DNA from: Microcoleus sp.
GTDB lineage: Bacteria > Cyanobacteriota > Cyanobacteriia > Cyanobacteriales > Microcoleaceae
Assembly (NCBI GenBank): GCA_052279835.1
Contig: CP181291.1
Location: 1,024,001-1,088,000 of the forward strand
Direction of reading: 5' to 3'
DNA length: 64,000 bases
A model generated the notes under the pieces. That model was not told where the DNA came from, made no database searches, and saw only the letters and a program-made list of their open reading frames with translations. How positions within the stretch are numbered: position 1 is the first letter of the stretch; every line of letters begins with the position of its first letter. Of the stretch, positions 34,283 through 44,507 are shown in pieces. A program made the position numbers and the translations under genes.

Positions 34283-34681
34283 CTATTTGCCCGATCGCGC
34301 TAGAATGATACCTAACTGAACTGCAATTACTCCTAGTATGGCACTGCCGGCCCAATAAAAAGTGGCGACGCTGTAAGATCGATCGCGCCACAAGATATTT
34401 GTCTCTAAACCGTAAGTAGAAAAAGTAGTATAAGCACCCAAAAAGCCCGTTGTTACCATTAACCGAAATTCTAGAGGAATCATCGCCCCTCGTTGAGATG
34501 CGAGGGTAATAAAAAATCCCATAGCCAAGCAACCAGTAATGTTAATCAAAAAAGTTGCGTAGGGAAAAGCAGTACCAAAACGACTGGCAAACCATAATGT
34601 GATATAATATCTACTCAAAGCGCCGGCGACTGCACCGAAACTAATGGCGATCGGAACTCGGAAATTAGGGTCTTGCAACAT
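34283..34681 (-). CDS. crcB: Fluoride channel Fluc/CrcB
   Basis: [32 protein letters not shown]; start ATG 34681. Confidence 0.95.
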   Translation of the reverse strand: MLQDPNFRVPIAISFGAVAGALSRYYITLWFASRFGTAFPYATFLINITGCLAMGFFITLASQRGAMIPLEFRLMVTTGFLGAYTTFSTYGLETNILWRDRSYSVATFYWAGSAILGVIAVQLGIILARSGK

Positions 34682-34910
34682 AAAAATAAATGATAGTGGA
34701 CAGTTGACTGGGGACAGTTGACTGGGGACTGAGTACAAATCCCCAATCACCAATCATCAATCACTAATAGATATCATTATTCTGATTAGATGCTACAATG
34801 AATTCAGGCGCTACATATCCAAATTTAAGGCGAGCATTGATTCAGGCGCTACATATCCAAAATCTACCTGCGGGTTGTGGATTTTTTAGAAAACGTTTGC
34901 TAAGGAGGAG

Positions 34911-35507
34911 ATGATTCCTATGACAGAGCCAAATATGAACGAAGAAACAATCATAGATGTAACTCCCGAAACGACTGCGATCGTCAAAAAGGAGATGCCA
35001 AATGCTACAGAAGAAACGATCGCAGAAACGGCTGTATTATTTGAAGCAATTAAAAAACGCGCCGCAGCAGAGGTACAAGCAGCAGGCGATCTCACCCGTG
35101 AGGCTTACTTAAAAGCTGTGCACAAAGCCCAGTTAGCCCTCGCCAAAAATAAGACGATCGCCAAAGAAAGAATGACAGATGCAGTGGGGCTAATTCAAAA
35201 AGAAGCAGAGAAAAATTGGCTGGTGGTTGATGCGATCAAAACCCGCGCGCAATCACAGGTGCAAGGTGCAGGCGAAGTCAGTCGCGAGGCCTATTTGAAA
35301 GCGGTTCGCCAAGCGCGAGAAGCCGTAGAACAAAATAAGTTGATCGAACGCGATCGCATTGAACAAGCTGTTGACCAAATTCAGAAAGAAACTGAAAAAA
35401 ATTGGCACGTTGTGGTTGGGGAAATTGAGTCGATCGGCAGTCGCTTGACGGATGCGTCGAAATCTGCATTCCAGGCGCTAACCAAGTTTTTTGACAAGAA
35501 GCATTAA
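34911..35507 (+). CDS. Hypothetical helical protein with internal duplication
   Basis: Two repeats AIK.RA...VQ.AG...REAYLKAV...EKNW. Confidence 0.8.
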   Translation: MIPMTEPNMNEETIIDVTPETTAIVKKEMPNATEETIAETAVLFEAIKKRAAAEVQAAGDLTREAYLKAVHKAQLALAKNKTIAKERMTDAVGLIQKEAEKNWLVVDAIKTRAQSQVQGAGEVSREAYLKAVRQAREAVEQNKLIERDRIEQAVDQIQKETEKNWHVVVGEIESIGSRLTDASKSAFQALTKFFDKKH

Positions 35508-35662
35508 ACTCATATTTTGCACCCTTTTAAGCAACAGGCAAGATCGCTGTTCGACAAAGATTGAATTTTCTTGTGGAACAGGCATCTTGCCTGTTCACAA
35601 AAGGTTTTGACACTAAGCGCTATAATCAGAAAGCCTTATTTTTAGTCCACAAACCCCCAACC

Positions 35663-37450
35663 ATGAGAACTTACTACTGCGGCGAACTGCGAAGCGAACA
35701 CATCGGAAAAACTGTAACCCTTTACGGATGGGTGGATCGCCGCCGCGATCATGGCGGGGTGATTTTTCTGGATTTGCGCGATCGATCGGGCTTAGTGCAA
35801 ATTGTCAGCGATCCCCAACGCACCCCCGATTCCTATCAAGCAGCAGATGCTTTGCGCAACGAATACGTAGTCAAAATTACCGGGCGAGTCACCAACCGCC
35901 CCGCAGATTCCCTCAACCCGAAATTAGCTACGGGTGAGGTAGAAATTTATGCAGACGAAATTGAATTGTTGAATGCGGTGCGCAAACAGTTACCGTTTCA
36001 GGTGGCGACGGCGGAAAATGAAAGCGTGCGGGAAGATTTGCGCCTCAAATATCGCTATTTGGACTTGCGGCGCGATCGCATGAGTCGCAATTTACAGCTT
36101 CGCCACCAAGTAGTCAAAGCCATGCGCCGTCACCTCGAAGATGTGGAAGGTTTCATGGAAATTGAAACACCGATTTTAACTCGCGCCACTCCCGAAGGTG
36201 CCAGAGATTATTTAGTTCCCAGCCGCGTCAATCCCGGTGAATGGTATGCTTTGCCGCAGTCGCCGCAGTTGTTCAAACAATTATTAATGGTGTCTGGTTT
36301 TGACAGATATTATCAGATTGCCCGCTGCTTCCGCGATGAAGATTTGCGCGCCGACAGACAGCCAGAATTTACACAATTGGACATGGAAATGAGTTTCATG
36401 TCTGTGGAAGAAGTGATCGAATTAAATGAAGGTTTAGTCTGCAATATTTTTCAAAGTGTGAAAGGCGTGGAATTACCTCGTCCTTTCCCGCGCTTGACTT
36501 ACGCAGAAGCGATGGATCGCTACGGTAGTGATAAACCGGATACTCGCTTCGGTATGGAATTAGTCGATGTTTCCGATTTGATGAAAGATTCGGGATTTAA
36601 GGTGTTTTCCGGTGCAATTGCTGCGGGCGGAATTGTGAAAATTTTGCCGATTCCGGGCGGGAATGATGCGATTTCTAACGTGCGAATTAAACCGGGTGGT
36701 GATTTGTTTAAGGAAGCCAGCGAAGCCGGTGCGAAGGGATTAGCTTATATCCGGGTGCGGGAGAATGGCGAAATTGATACGATCGGCGCAATTAAGGATA
36801 ATTTAACTGAAGCGCAAAAACAGGAATTGCTCGATCGCACCGGCGCACAACCAGGTCATTTGTTGTTATTCGCAGCCGCTGATGCAATCACTGTCAATAA
36901 GACTTTAGATAGATTGCGCTTGTTTGTCGGTAACGAATTGGGATTTATTGACAAAGACAAGATGAATTTGCTGTGGGTGACAGATTTCCCAATGTTTGAA
37001 TGGAACGCCGATGAGAAGCGTTTGGAAGCATTACATCACCCGTTTACGGCACCGCATCCTGACGATATTGCCGATTTGAAAACAGCGAGAGCTCAAGCTT
37101 ACGATTTGGTATTAAACGGTACAGAAATCGGTGGCGGTTCTCTGCGGATTTACCAGCGGGAAGTTCAGGAAAAGGTGTTTGAGGCGATCGGCTTATCCAC
37201 CGAAGAAGCTTACAATAAGTTTGGCTTTTTGTTGGATGCCTTTGAGTACGGAACACCTCCCCACGGCGGCATCGCCTACGGCTTGGATCGATTGGTAATG
37301 CTGTTAGCCGGCGAGGAATCGATTCGGGATGTCATGGCGTTTCCGAAGACGCAGCAAGCCGGGTGTTTGTTGACAAATGCGCCGTCTGGTGTGGATGAGA
37401 AGCAGTTGAAGGAGTTGCAAGTGCGATCGACTTATGTAGCCAAGTCATAG
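35663..37450 (+). CDS. aspS: Aspartate--tRNA ligase
   Basis: [52 protein letters not shown]. Confidence 0.98.
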   Translation: MRTYYCGELRSEHIGKTVTLYGWVDRRRDHGGVIFLDLRDRSGLVQIVSDPQRTPDSYQAADALRNEYVVKITGRVTNRPADSLNPKLATGEVEIYADEIELLNAVRKQLPFQVATAENESVREDLRLKYRYLDLRRDRMSRNLQLRHQVVKAMRRHLEDVEGFMEIETPILTRATPEGARDYLVPSRVNPGEWYALPQSPQLFKQLLMVSGFDRYYQIARCFRDEDLRADRQPEFTQLDMEMSFMSVEEVIELNEGLVCNIFQSVKGVELPRPFPRLTYAEAMDRYGSDKPDTRFGMELVDVSDLMKDSGFKVFSGAIAAGGIVKILPIPGGNDAISNVRIKPGGDLFKEASEAGAKGLAYIRVRENGEIDTIGAIKDNLTEAQKQELLDRTGAQPGHLLLFAAADAITVNKTLDRLRLFVGNELGFIDKDKMNLLWVTDFPMFEWNADEKRLEALHHPFTAPHPDDIADLKTARAQAYDLVLNGTEIGGGSLRIYQREVQEKVFEAIGLSTEEAYNKFGFLLDAFEYGTPPHGGIAYGLDRLVMLLAGEESIRDVMAFPKTQQAGCLLTNAPSGVDEKQLKELQVRSTYVAKS

Positions 37451-37488
37451 GTAGTAAAACAGCTTCAATGAATAGTGGATGGGTGGCG

Positions 37489-37552
37489 AGAAACCGGGTT
37501 TTTTCCAGAATACTCGTCACACCTCCCAGAAACTGCCAAAAACCCGGTTTCT
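37489..37552. repeat. Palindromic REP-like repeat, family A
   Basis: AGAAACCGGGTTTT...AAAACCCGGTTTCT. Confidence 0.9.
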
Positions 37553-37594
37553 TAGGTTTAGAAATCTTACAAGATATTTTAGCAGATAATATTG

Positions 37595-37792
37595 ATGGGT
37601 AGAAAACGCGATATTAAACAGGTTGATGCGATCGCTAGGGAGTTTAAGATGGGAGGTGAATTAAGGATTGCTTTTGGTTTATTCATTGAGGAAGAAAAGA
37701 AAAATGGTTATGGTGGAACTTTAAACCGTAGAGGCGATTTTACTTAGGTCGAAATCCGCCAGAAAGCAAAAGAGTTTTTAGAGGATATTTAA
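37595..37792 (+). pseudogene. Small toxin-like ORF with in-frame TAG at 37745
   Basis: MGRKRDIKQVDAIAREFKM...RRGDFT*VEIRQKAKEFLEDI*; the final TAA abuts the next ATG at 37793. Confidence 0.6.
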
Positions 37793-38326
37793 ATGGCTAT
37801 TCAAACATCTATTGCCAATCGGAAGCCAAATATCGAGCAAATTATTTCAGTCATTACTAAACCGATAATCGGAGAAATTTGTCATCAGGTTATATTTAGT
37901 TATGGGGATGAATTACGGCTAGATTTCGGTGAGATGTCTGCCTATACTCACCCAAAATTAGCACATCTATGCAAAGGTAGTTGGCAATTTGGCACGAGGG
38001 CAACACCTTGGGTTTTCAAGCAAGAATCTCGCATTTTAACTTCTTCCTTGCCAGTAGATATAGATGCAGAAATAGATGAGGTAGAAATAGATGCTGTCAA
38101 AAAAGTTGTGCACCAATTGGAAAATAAAGAATTGATTGATTTTGCGATCGATGCTGATAATATTAGTCTCACTCTAGTTTTTGAGGGAGATTATCAACTA
38201 ATTTTACAGCCAGATTTCCAAGATGATTCTGGACTTCCCTATTGGGAATTGTTCATGCCAACAGAGCAAGTTTTGACGGTTGGGCCTGGATTTTTTTGGG
38301 AATGTAAATCAATTCACGAAGGTTAA
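37793..38326 (+). CDS. Hypothetical protein (immunity-like)
   Basis: 177 aa, acidic, beta-rich, with YGDELRLDFG and WELF.P motifs; directly downstream of the toxin-like ORF. Confidence 0.7.
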   Translation: MAIQTSIANRKPNIEQIISVITKPIIGEICHQVIFSYGDELRLDFGEMSAYTHPKLAHLCKGSWQFGTRATPWVFKQESRILTSSLPVDIDAEIDEVEIDAVKKVVHQLENKELIDFAIDADNISLTLVFEGDYQLILQPDFQDDSGLPYWELFMPTEQVLTVGPGFFWECKSIHEG

Positions 38327-38330
38327 ATGA

Positions 38331-38597
38331 TTACGGAAAGTATCTGTAAATTTCTTTCCGGTGCAGTATCCTGACAAAACAGACTATGCCATCATTAACT
38401 TTAATACCGATTCGGTAATCCCCGACTCTAATGCGATAGTAGTCTCCATCGCCTTTTAGTTTTTTAACATTGCTGACTTCATTTAATTTTTCTGCATTCT
38501 CAACTTCTTCTATCGCTTCCCGAATTCTTTCAAACAAATCGGCATCAAGAATCTTGAGCAAATCCTTTTCAAAGCTCTTTTTAAACTCAACATTCAT
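38331..38597 (-). CDS. RelE/ParE family toxin
   Basis: FKKSFEKDL...VKKLKG..DYYRIRVGDYRIG...HRKEIYRYFP. Confidence 0.92.
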   Translation of the reverse strand: MNVEFKKSFEKDLLKILDADLFERIREAIEEVENAEKLNEVSNVKKLKGDGDYYRIRVGDYRIGIKVNDGIVCFVRILHRKEIYRYFP

Positions 38598-38839
38598 GGT
38601 TGTCCCTTCAGAATTTTGAAGATTTGTTCGCGATTGACTGTTTCAGTATTTTCGCCTTCTTTGATAGCATTTTCCATGCCTATATCTTCTAGGGCTTCTG
38701 TAAAAACAGTTAATTTACTGTTTAATACTTCTTTTTCCAGTTCTTGACATAACTGCAATTTTTCTGGATAGGGCAGTTGTTTGACTAGGGCTAAAATTTG
38801 TTCAAAGTTTAGGGAAAGTTGATAGTTAGCTAGAGTCAT
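38594..38839 (-). CDS. Antitoxin-like protein upstream of RelE
   Basis: EQILALVKQLP..EKLQL and EALEDIGM..AIKEG...VNREQIF; overlaps the relE start. Confidence 0.75.
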   Translation of the reverse strand: MTLANYQLSLNFEQILALVKQLPYPEKLQLCQELEKEVLNSKLTVFTEALEDIGMENAIKEGENTETVNREQIFKILKGQP

Positions 38840-38891
38840 TGTTCGTTATGTTGAGGGGTTGTTTATATTTTATCTCAAATCGCGGGAGGCC

Positions 38892-38956
38892 AGAAACCGG
38901 GTTTTTTCCAGAATACTTCGCCACACCTCGTAAAAACTGCGAAAAACCCGGTTTCT
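38892..38956. repeat. Palindromic REP-like repeat, family A
   Basis: Same arms as 37489. Confidence 0.9.
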
Positions 38957-38960
38957 TTGG

Positions 38961-39188
38961 TTAGCGTGAAGCAACAAGAGCTTGTTGGACTGGTTCAGAG
39001 AGTTCAATTGGCATAAAATAACGACTTGGGTATAAGTAATCTTCTCCTGATTCATCAATGACCCGAATCATTTGATGAGAATTGGCATAAGTGTCTGGCA
39101 AAACCTGATAAATTTTGCGGACTTCCAAGGAAGCTGAATACTCTTGATTATTGATGCAAACCACAAATTCCATAACCTTATACTCCAA
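38961..39188 (-). CDS. Small hypothetical protein
   Basis: FVVCINN..Y.ASLE.RKIY...RVIDESGEDYLYP motif, recognised as a conserved small protein of TA-like neighbourhoods. Confidence 0.7.
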   Translation of the reverse strand: MEYKVMEFVVCINNQEYSASLEVRKIYQVLPDTYANSHQMIRVIDESGEDYLYPSRYFMPIELSEPVQQALVASR

Positions 39189-39235
39189 AATATATTACTG
39201 AAAACCCTTTAAAAATATCGCTTTTACCTAAGTCT

Positions 39236-39341
39236 CGATCCCCCTAAATCCCCACCCCCCCCTAGCCCCCCCCAAGGGGGGAAGGGGGACTTTGATCGGG
39301 ATCTTGTCCCCCCCTTCTTAAGGGGGGCTAGGGGGGATCGA
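39236..39341. repeat. GC-rich palindromic repeat (CCCCCC...AAGGGGG type)
   Basis: GATCCCCCTA...TAGGGGGGATC arms; related to 26920-26985 and 30337-30365. Confidence 0.75.
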
Positions 39342-39456
39342 GGCTTAATCGTCCGACAGCAGACTGATACTAAGTTTGACGTGTTTGTTGACACCAATAG
39401 GCATTGCCGTGTCCTCAGTTGCTGACAGTCAACAGTCAACTCCCGACTATCATAAC

Positions 39457-42400
39457 TCAGGACTCTAAATGAACTCTTTTGAGCCAATTTACAACAGATT
39501 GAAGTAAATCGGGGTCATGGGGCGAGAAGGTTTGCAGGGGTGGGTGAGGCGTGTCGGTGATGAGACAGATTGTACCGTCGAAGCGGGTAAGCGCATTGAG
39601 GAAAGTAGGGCTCAAACCTTGGGTGGCGGGGGATGTGGGGCCTTCGTAAAAGATGAGGATCAGGTGTTTGTCGCTGTCGCGGCAGAGTTGATTCCAGTAG
39701 GATTTGAGTTGGGCGAGGGTTTCGGGTTCGCGGTTGGGGCGTTGGGGAAAGTTTTTGTCGAGGAATTGTCCGTAGATGTCGAGGGCGGGGTTATCGGAGT
39801 CGATGAATTTGCTGGTGTCGATGCAAATTAGCTGTAGGGATTCGATTAATTGTGTGTCTGCAAGTCTGGCATCAAGGATGTTGGGTAAATCTGCTAAATT
39901 GAGGCTTTGGGTGAAGGGGGTTGAACCGACTCCTGTTGTTTCTGGGACTTCTGGATGGGGTGTGGTGAGTTGATGGTGCCATGCTTGATAGAAAGTTGGG
40001 TAAGGCAGATTTTGGGCGCAGTTCCAGATGATTTCAAAGCTGTAATTGTAGAGGTTGGAATTGGTTTCATCGCTTGTATTGCACAAAAAGTGTTGCAAAG
40101 CAGAGACAACTGAAGGCATCTGTTCATTTTGCAGAATTTTATTCAAACTTTCAGTGACTTTCTCACGGTTATCATCATCATTAGTCATTGATAGAATTCT
40201 GATTAAAGCAGCAATTGCCTCTGGATTGCCTGGATCAATTTTACCCAAAATCTCAGCAACTCTCCAATAGATAAATCCATCATTAGTCGTTGAGAGAAGT
40301 TGGATTAAAGCAGCGATCGTCTCTGGGTTGCCTGTAGCAATTTCAACCAAACTGTTAGCAACTCTCCAACGGGTATCCTTATCATTAGTTGCCGATAGAA
40401 TGCCGATTAAAGCAGCGATCGCTTTTGGGTTGCCTGGGTCAATTTTACCCAAACTTTCAGCGACTCTCCAACGGGTATGCTCATCATTAGTTGCCGATAG
40501 AATGCCGATTAAAGCAGCGATCGCTTTTGGGTTGCCTGGGTCAATTTTACCCAAATTGAAAGCTACATAATCACGGATATTCTCATCATTAGTGGTTGAC
40601 AGAAGTTTGATTAAAGCAGCGATCGCTTTTGGGTTGCCTGGGTCAATTTTACCCAAACTTTTAGCGACTCTCCAACGGGTATGCTCATCATTAGTTGCCG
40701 ATAGAATGCCGATTAAAGCAGCGATCGCTTTTGGGTTGCCTGGGTCAATTTTACCCAAACTTTCAGCGACTCTCCAACGAGTATGCTCATCATTAGTTGC
40801 CGATAGAATGCCGATTAAAGCAGCGATCGCTTTTGGGTTGCCTGGGTCAATTTTACCCAAACTTTCAGCGACTATCTGATGAATACTCTCATCATTAGTG
40901 GTTGACAGAAGTTTGATTAAAGCAGCGATCACCTTTGGGTTGTGTGGATCAATTTTACCCAAACTGTTAGCGACTTCCCAACGGGTATCCTTATCATTAG
41001 TCGCTGACAAAATTTTAATTAAAGCAGCGATTACCTCTGATTTTTCTGTGCTAATTTCCGTCCAAAACCTAATTACATAAGCGTGGTAGCTCGCATAATT
41101 ATTTGCTGATAAAAATTCGATTAAAGCAGCGATTGCCTTTGGGTTTACTGTGCTAATTCTAGCCAAACTTTCAGCGACTCTCCGACGGGTATCCTCATCA
41201 TTAGTTTCGGATAAAATGCCTATTAAAGCAGCGATCACTTCTGGGTTTTCTGTGCCAATTAGACCAAAAATGGAAGCGGAAATCCGACGGGTATACTCAT
41301 GATTTTTTTTTGATAGATTGTTTATTAAAGCAGTAGCCACATATGGGTTTCCTGTGTCAATCTTACCCAAAATATAAGCAACATAAAAACGAATTTTTTC
41401 ATCATTAGTCCCTGACAGAATTGCGCTCAAAGTAGCGATCGCCTCTGGGTTGCCTGTCGCAATTTTACCCAAAATGTCAGCGGATGTCGAACGTGTAGAC
41501 TCATTAGTAGTCGCTGATAGGATTACGATTAAAGCAGCGATCGCCTCTGAGTTGCCTACGGCAATTTTACCCAAAATCTCAGCGACTGTCAAACGGGTAT
41601 ACCCATCATCAGTCGCTGAGAGAATTAAGATTAAAGCAGCGATCGCCTCTGAGTTACTTATGGCAATTTTAGCCAAAATCTGAGCGACTCTCCAAATGGT
41701 AAAAACACTATTAGTCGCTGATAGAAGTTGGATTAAAGCAGCGATCGCCTCTGGGTTGCCTGGGTCAATTTTACCCAAAATCTGAGCGACTCTCAGACGG
41801 TCATCCTCATATTCAGTAGCTTTCAGTAAATGAATGAGTTGGTTAACACCTATACGATAGTTAGTCTGTAAAAGTGCCGCTCTTGAATCCTTCGCAATTC
41901 GATAGAGAAATGTCTGCCACTCTTGTTTTTCAATGTTGAAATAACCGAAACCCCACCTAATGATTGTTGCTACTATTTCATCAGCCCGCGAACAATCTTT
42001 AAACTCAGCTATCCCCGCAGCAGCTAGAAAATATGCTTGATATTTATAAAAATCATTGCACCCACCCTTAAACTCTATCAATGCCTCAATAAACTCCTCC
42101 TTCTGATTCCGATTCACACCCTCTAGCCCCAACCACAGCAAAATCACCTGCTTCCACTGCGCTGCAAAAATCCGATATTCCTTCCCCACCACCGGAAAAT
42201 CAACATGATTCCGAGGTAAAAAATCATCCCAATCCTTCACCGCCAACGCCGCAAAATACTCCTGAAACGTCGCATGATAAAACCCATAAACAGATTCTTT
42301 CGGTTCATCAAAATCTGTGTCAACCCGATTCAACCATCCCAGAGATAACGCCAATGATAATAAAGAAGTTTCATCATTTCTCTCTCCCAAATACTCACTA

Positions 42401-43989
42401 ACTAACCGATAGGACAAACGAAAACGACTCGATTTGCCATCAATTGCAGCTTTTGCTAATTCTCCTAACCCTTCATGTAAAAGTTTCTGACACTCACTCT
42501 GAGTTTTGCCACATAGCTTTGCATAGATTTTGATAATCTGCTCTTTCCAGCCATAGAAATACTTAATAAAACTCGCATATAATTTAGCCTGAGTATCCGG
42601 TAAAGTTCCCTGTCTCGAACTCCAAATTTGACACAACATCCACAACCGCAACGGATTTTGAATCAACTCCTTGAGACGGGAATTCTCCGACTCTGCTAAT
42701 TGGGCCTCCAAACTCTCCCCCGTCGCAGCATCCCCCATCCCCGCAAACCAACGGCGAATATACTCCGTCACCTGTTCCGCATTAAACTCCAAATTGCGAA
42801 ACACATCAAACCCCGAAAAAGCATTTTTATCCGCCTCCCAAACATTCACCCGACAAGTCACCACCACCCGCGCCGCCTGCACCCATGTCCTTAATAAATC
42901 TTTCCCCAACTGCTGCATTCCTTGAGTGTTGGCCATTTCATCCACACCATCCAGCAACAACCAAACCCGACTCATTTGTGCTTCTAAATCACCGCGCGTC
43001 ACTTCTCCTGGACACCGAGGCAACCACACTTTTTCTAAATACTCGCAGATACTTTGCGCGCCTAATTCAGCTAAATCTATCCAAACCGGCAACCCCAAAT
43101 CTTGCTCTAAAATCCAATCGGCAATCTTCTGCAACCGCGTGGTTTTCCCCGCACCCGGTTCGCCAATAATCGCAATTTTTCGCCCTTGACTGATGTCGCT
43201 TTTCCCTTGTCGCAACACATCCTCAAAAAAGCGTTCTTCAGCAATGGGAATCAGTTTTTCTGTTTCTTTTTCCTGTTCTTCCTGCTGATTTCTGGGCTGA
43301 GGTTTGGGTTTTTGGCGTTCCACAATGGCTAAGGGAACATAAACGCCATCCAGTTGCGGAGTCATCCCGCTGGCGTTGGTGAAGAGGTTGGTGGTGAGTT
43401 CTTTTTGTAATGCGAGGTTTTGGCCGCAGATTTCTTGCCAGTTTATCGTTTCTTCTTTAGGTTTAGAGGTTTCATGGGATACCTCGAATGTGACTGACCC
43501 AAATTTAACCTTCCACTTTTCCTCAATTACTTCTAAATTATCTTTTTTCTCGGCAGTTTGATGCTTTAGCTGGAGGTGAAATTTCCAATAAGGGCTATTT
43601 TTAGCAGATCTTTTATCGTTAAGTAATTCCAATTCTTTTAAGCAGTCTAGAACATCTTGTACTGCATTCGCTCTTCTCTCGGCGTTATCAACATTCTTTT
43701 CATCCTTGGGTTGAGGGAGTTCCAATGCCTTTCCCAAACATTCCACCAATGCCCATAAATCTTCCTTAGTGATGCCTTTGTCAACGGTTTGGGTTCTGTT
43801 GTTGCGTTTTTGCTGAATTTTCCCCGATACCAGCAACTCCTTTCCATTTTGTAGCCATTCCACGTTGAAGGTAGCTTTCAGCTTATCCCCCGGCACGGCA
43901 ATTTCCCCATCCGCGAGGGCGAGTAACGCCTCAACGAGTGTTAAGACGTTCTTTTTTGTGGTGGCGTTTTTCCCGTATTTTCGTGTCAT
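39457..43989 (-). CDS. NACHT (STAND) NTPase with HEAT repeats and C-terminal alpha/beta domain
   Basis: Walker A GEPGAGKTT, Walker B LLLDGVDE, VTCR, NPLRL, FYHATFQEYFAA, and a long array of 33-aa HEAT-like repeats. Start 43989 (MTRKYG) or 44070. Confidence 0.92.
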   Translation of the reverse strand: MTRKYGKNATTKKNVLTLVEALLALADGEIAVPGDKLKATFNVEWLQNGKELLVSGKIQQKRNNRTQTVDKGITKEDLWALVECLGKALELPQPKDEKNVDNAERRANAVQDVLDCLKELELLNDKRSAKNSPYWKFHLQLKHQTAEKKDNLEVIEEKWKVKFGSVTFEVSHETSKPKEETINWQEICGQNLALQKELTTNLFTNASGMTPQLDGVYVPLAIVERQKPKPQPRNQQEEQEKETEKLIPIAEERFFEDVLRQGKSDISQGRKIAIIGEPGAGKTTRLQKIADWILEQDLGLPVWIDLAELGAQSICEYLEKVWLPRCPGEVTRGDLEAQMSRVWLLLDGVDEMANTQGMQQLGKDLLRTWVQAARVVVTCRVNVWEADKNAFSGFDVFRNLEFNAEQVTEYIRRWFAGMGDAATGESLEAQLAESENSRLKELIQNPLRLWMLCQIWSSRQGTLPDTQAKLYASFIKYFYGWKEQIIKIYAKLCGKTQSECQKLLHEGLGELAKAAIDGKSSRFRLSYRLVSEYLGERNDETSLLSLALSLGWLNRVDTDFDEPKESVYGFYHATFQEYFAALAVKDWDDFLPRNHVDFPVVGKEYRIFAAQWKQVILLWLGLEGVNRNQKEEFIEALIEFKGGCNDFYKYQAYFLAAAGIAEFKDCSRADEIVATIIRWGFGYFNIEKQEWQTFLYRIAKDSRAALLQTNYRIGVNQLIHLLKATEYEDDRLRVAQILGKIDPGNPEAIAALIQLLSATNSVFTIWRVAQILAKIAISNSEAIAALILILSATDDGYTRLTVAEILGKIAVGNSEAIAALIVILSATTNESTRSTSADILGKIATGNPEAIATLSAILSGTNDEKIRFYVAYILGKIDTGNPYVATALINNLSKKNHEYTRRISASIFGLIGTENPEVIAALIGILSETNDEDTRRRVAESLARISTVNPKAIAALIEFLSANNYASYHAYVIRFWTEISTEKSEVIAALIKILSATNDKDTRWEVANSLGKIDPHNPKVIAALIKLLSTTNDESIHQIVAESLGKIDPGNPKAIAALIGILSATNDEHTRWRVAESLGKIDPGNPKAIAALIGILSATNDEHTRWRVAKSLGKIDPGNPKAIAALIKLLSTTNDENIRDYVAFNLGKIDPGNPKAIAALIGILSATNDEHTRWRVAESLGKIDPGNPKAIAALIGILSATNDKDTRWRVANSLVEIATGNPETIAALIQLLSTTNDGFIYWRVAEILGKIDPGNPEAIAALIRILSMTNDDDNREKVTESLNKILQNEQMPSVVSALQHFLCNTSDETNSNLYNYSFEIIWNCAQNLPYPTFYQAWHHQLTTPHPEVPETTGVGSTPFTQSLNLADLPNILDARLADTQLIESLQLICIDTSKFIDSDNPALDIYGQFLDKNFPQRPNREPETLAQLKSYWNQLCRDSDKHLILIFYEGPTSPATQGLSPTFLNALTRFDGTICLITDTPHPPLQTFSPHDPDLLQSVVNWLKRVHLES

Positions 43990-44161
43990 CGCTACCTTTT
44001 GAGTAAAATTTATCGTCGCTTGGGCAAGTTTGCCCGCAGGCGTCGGTTTGCCCAAGCGTATAACGCTCATTATACAAGGGTTTCAGGATTTTTGGTTTGT
44101 GCTTGCGTGGGCAAAAGCCCAAAAAAACAATTTACCTCATAAGCACAAAACGAGGTGAATT

Positions 44162-44377
44162 ATGGCTACCCAGGAAGATAGAATCAAGCAACGCGAAGCA
44201 TTGGAAGATATCCATGATAACTTTGTGCAACCGCATATCGATCAGTTGAGTGAAGTCAGCACTCAGTCTTCACCTAATATTGATGTTGCGCTTCCTGGGT
44301 TTTGCTATGTGTCGGGATGGTTGGTTTTGGTTGTATTGTATTGTTTTTGGACGCGCTATCGGATGTCATTGGAATAG
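44162..44377 (+). CDS. Small hypothetical protein with C-terminal TM helix, divergent from NACHT
   Basis: RBS GAGGTG upstream; hydrophobic C-terminal segment. Confidence 0.6.
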   Translation: MATQEDRIKQREALEDIHDNFVQPHIDQLSEVSTQSSPNIDVALPGFCYVSGWLVLVVLYCFWTRYRMSLE

Positions 44378-44389
44378 TCTGTATTATTC

Positions 44390-44437
44390 GGCGGTTGAAA
44401 CCGCGTCTACAGAAACGAAGTCTACCTCCGCAGACTA
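44390..44437. repeat. REP-like repeat GCGGTTGAAACCGC...
   Basis: Inverted copy at about 60155-60203. Confidence 0.75.
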
Positions 44438-44507
44438 AGAGGTAAACGGGGTATTTAAACCAGGTTTGGTATAATATCGTTATATCAAACTGCTACTATA
44501 TGAGCTG

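Noticed and set aside
34682..34910. Fluoride riboswitch upstream of crcB
   Set aside because: Could not find the GGCGATGG...CTGATG..CCTAC core on the coding strand.
40300..41800. 99-bp periodic repeats as a CRISPR or DGR template
   Set aside because: They are in-frame coding HEAT repeats; no reverse transcriptase and no obvious adenine-specific variation.
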